A DNA stretch of 64,000 nt from Azolla caroliniana (lineage: Eukaryota > Plantae > Polypodiophyta). The stretch spans positions 20,894,001 through 20,958,000 of the forward strand of contig JBHGNT010000009.1 of the NCBI GenBank assembly GCA_043228905.1, written 5' to 3'. Below the pieces are notes generated by a model that did not search any database, was not told the origin of the DNA, and saw nothing but the letters and a program-made list of their open reading frames with translations. This document shows positions 62,554 through 64,000 of the stretch, piece after piece; position 1 is the stretch's first letter, and every line of letters starts with the position of its first letter. The position numbers and the translations under genes were made by a program.

Positions 62554-63022
62554 ATTGTTCGAAGGGCTAAGATCCCGTAAAGTGGGTGTTGATCACACGG
62601 TTGTACATGACAACATGTTCATACATGCTGGAATCATGGATGGAGGCATACAAAATGACCTCTATACCATAATGCTTTGATTGAGTTTTACGTTGAATAT
62701 GGAAAATAGAGGATGCTTGGTCATTGTAAATGTGGGGGTATATTGGATGCATGTGATGACCCAAATGTGGTATCGGGAGATGTTGAATATGAACATGACG
62801 AGGAAGATTGATTTGGTTTGAACATATGCAAATTCATGGTATGTTTCAACTATCGAGGAAGTGTTCAATCAAGTCTATCAAAAGAAGGATTCATGGCTAC
62901 CTATTGTCTTACACAAGACTGGTTGGGGAAGGATAATCATCTCCTTTCCATCATTTTATATTTTGTAGCTGATATGGTTTTTTTAAACAAATGGAAGGAT
63001 ATGTTTTAAAAAATAAATAAAT
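62554..63022 (+). pseudogene. Inserted degenerate PPR-like gene fragment with an A-rich tail and 20-bp flanking direct repeat
   Basis: Direct repeat AAAATGATTATTTAGATTAA at 62534-62553 and 63023-63042; absent from the first duplicated unit; frameshifted peptides NDLYT/NALIEFYVEYGK/EDAWSL and DPNVVS. Confidence 0.55.
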
Positions 63023-63235
63023 AAAATGATTATTTAGATTAAGCAAATGAATGGTTTAAGGGTGTTTAACAACCCCCCAAACAAAGGACAAATAGACTAA
63101 CATAAAACATTTTTAGCGTCATAATCACCAAATATTAGCTTATATTATACCTTGTGTGTTGAGATGATCGCATATTAAAGAAAAGAGATCTGCCTCACCT
63201 ATAGAGTCTTGAGATCTTTTAATGGAGGGAGCATC

Positions 63236-63667
63236 TAACAATCGGCAACAGTTCGGTTCGGTTTGAGAGGGTCCAAACCGAACCGTTTAAAATGTTTGAA
63301 ACCTGAACCAAACCAAATCAAACCGCGAAACCGTTAAATATTTTTCAAACCGTAAAAACAACGGTTTCGTGGTTCGGTTTCGGTTTTCAACATAGGTCAA
63401 ATTTTTAATTTTTTTAAAATTTAAGATGTTCCTAAAATGTGAGAATAAGGTGTAAAAATGAAAAGATTGTTAAAAAAAAATATTTAGAAATTTTTTATAA
63501 TTTTATCATTTTTTTAAACAAAAATAAAATAAAATAGAAACCGTTAAACCGTTTAAACCATGGTTTTTTACTATTGAAACCAAACCGAACCCGAACCGAA
63601 CCATTAAGTCGTTAAACCGTGGTTTCACGGTTCGGTTCGGTTCAAACCGAACCGTTGTCAATTGTTA
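63236..63667. mobile_element. hAT-type MITE
   Basis: 8-bp TSD GGAGCATC (63228-63235, 63668-63675); TIRs TAACAATCGGCAACAGTTCGGTT / AACCGAACCGTTGTCAATTGTTA; dense AAACCG subterminal motifs. Confidence 0.88.
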
Positions 63668-63734
63668 GGAGCATCTAGTTCCCATTGTAGAAAAGATGTA
63701 GGTATACTTTGTTCGAATCAATCTAGGGAATCAT

Positions 63735-64000
63735 TAATTCATACTTTTGAATGCGATATTTTGTGTCTTTGTAGGTACTATATTGCATGAGAGTCCATTG
63801 GATTGGTCAATTCACATGTGAATTACATCGCATTGATTGTTGCTATTGACACCAATAAAGTGAAGGATTAACCAATTCCATCATCCAAACAGACCGATAA
63901 TAATTCATACTTTTGAATGTGACATTTTGTGTCTTTGTAGGTAAAATACTGCATGAGAGTCCATTGGATTGGTCAATTCATATGTGAATTACATCACATT
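63735..64000. repeat. ~166-bp tandem repeat running off the window end
   Basis: TAATTCATACTTTTGAATG...GAGAGTCCATTGGATTGG at ~63735 and 63901. Confidence 0.8.

Larger units (their letters stand above)
60729..63212. repeat. Tandem duplication of a 1008-bp unit directly upstream of PDX3; each unit holds a MITE and three ~110-bp subrepeats
   Basis: Units start GAATTACAATATCT at 60729 and 61737 and stay collinear; the second unit has an extra insert. Confidence 0.9.

Overview
Eukaryotic, intron-containing land-plant DNA; the transposon types suggest a non-seed plant such as a fern (inference). Positions 1-~36 kb are a nested retrotransposon pile. A decayed RDM4/DMS4 (IWR1) gene is cut by Copia elements. 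A Ulp1 (C48) protease pseudogene is split by a 24.1-kb chromovirus Gypsy (9198-33337, TSD TAAAC). That Gypsy carries a near-intact second Gypsy (10912-18188), a solo LTR of the same family, and two Copia copies fused into a ~9-kb inverted repeat lying just downstream of the host LTR promoter. The nested Gypsy has a tRNA-Trp PBS, a 4-bp TSD, a -1 frameshift/pseudoknot between protease and RT, and a tRNA-like Pol III cassette in its LTR. Positions 36.9-64 kb are a gene island: TRAUCO/ASH2R with a long repeat-rich N-terminal extension, an uncharacterised protein with a hydrophobic N-terminus, and a 15-exon PDX3/PPOX1 gene. PDX3 intron 4 holds an intact Copia with identical TG..TA LTRs. The PDX3 upstream region is tandemly duplicated and contains MITEs and a retroposed PPR-like fragment. 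All calls come from manual reading; no database searches were run, and reference sequences are recalled from memory.
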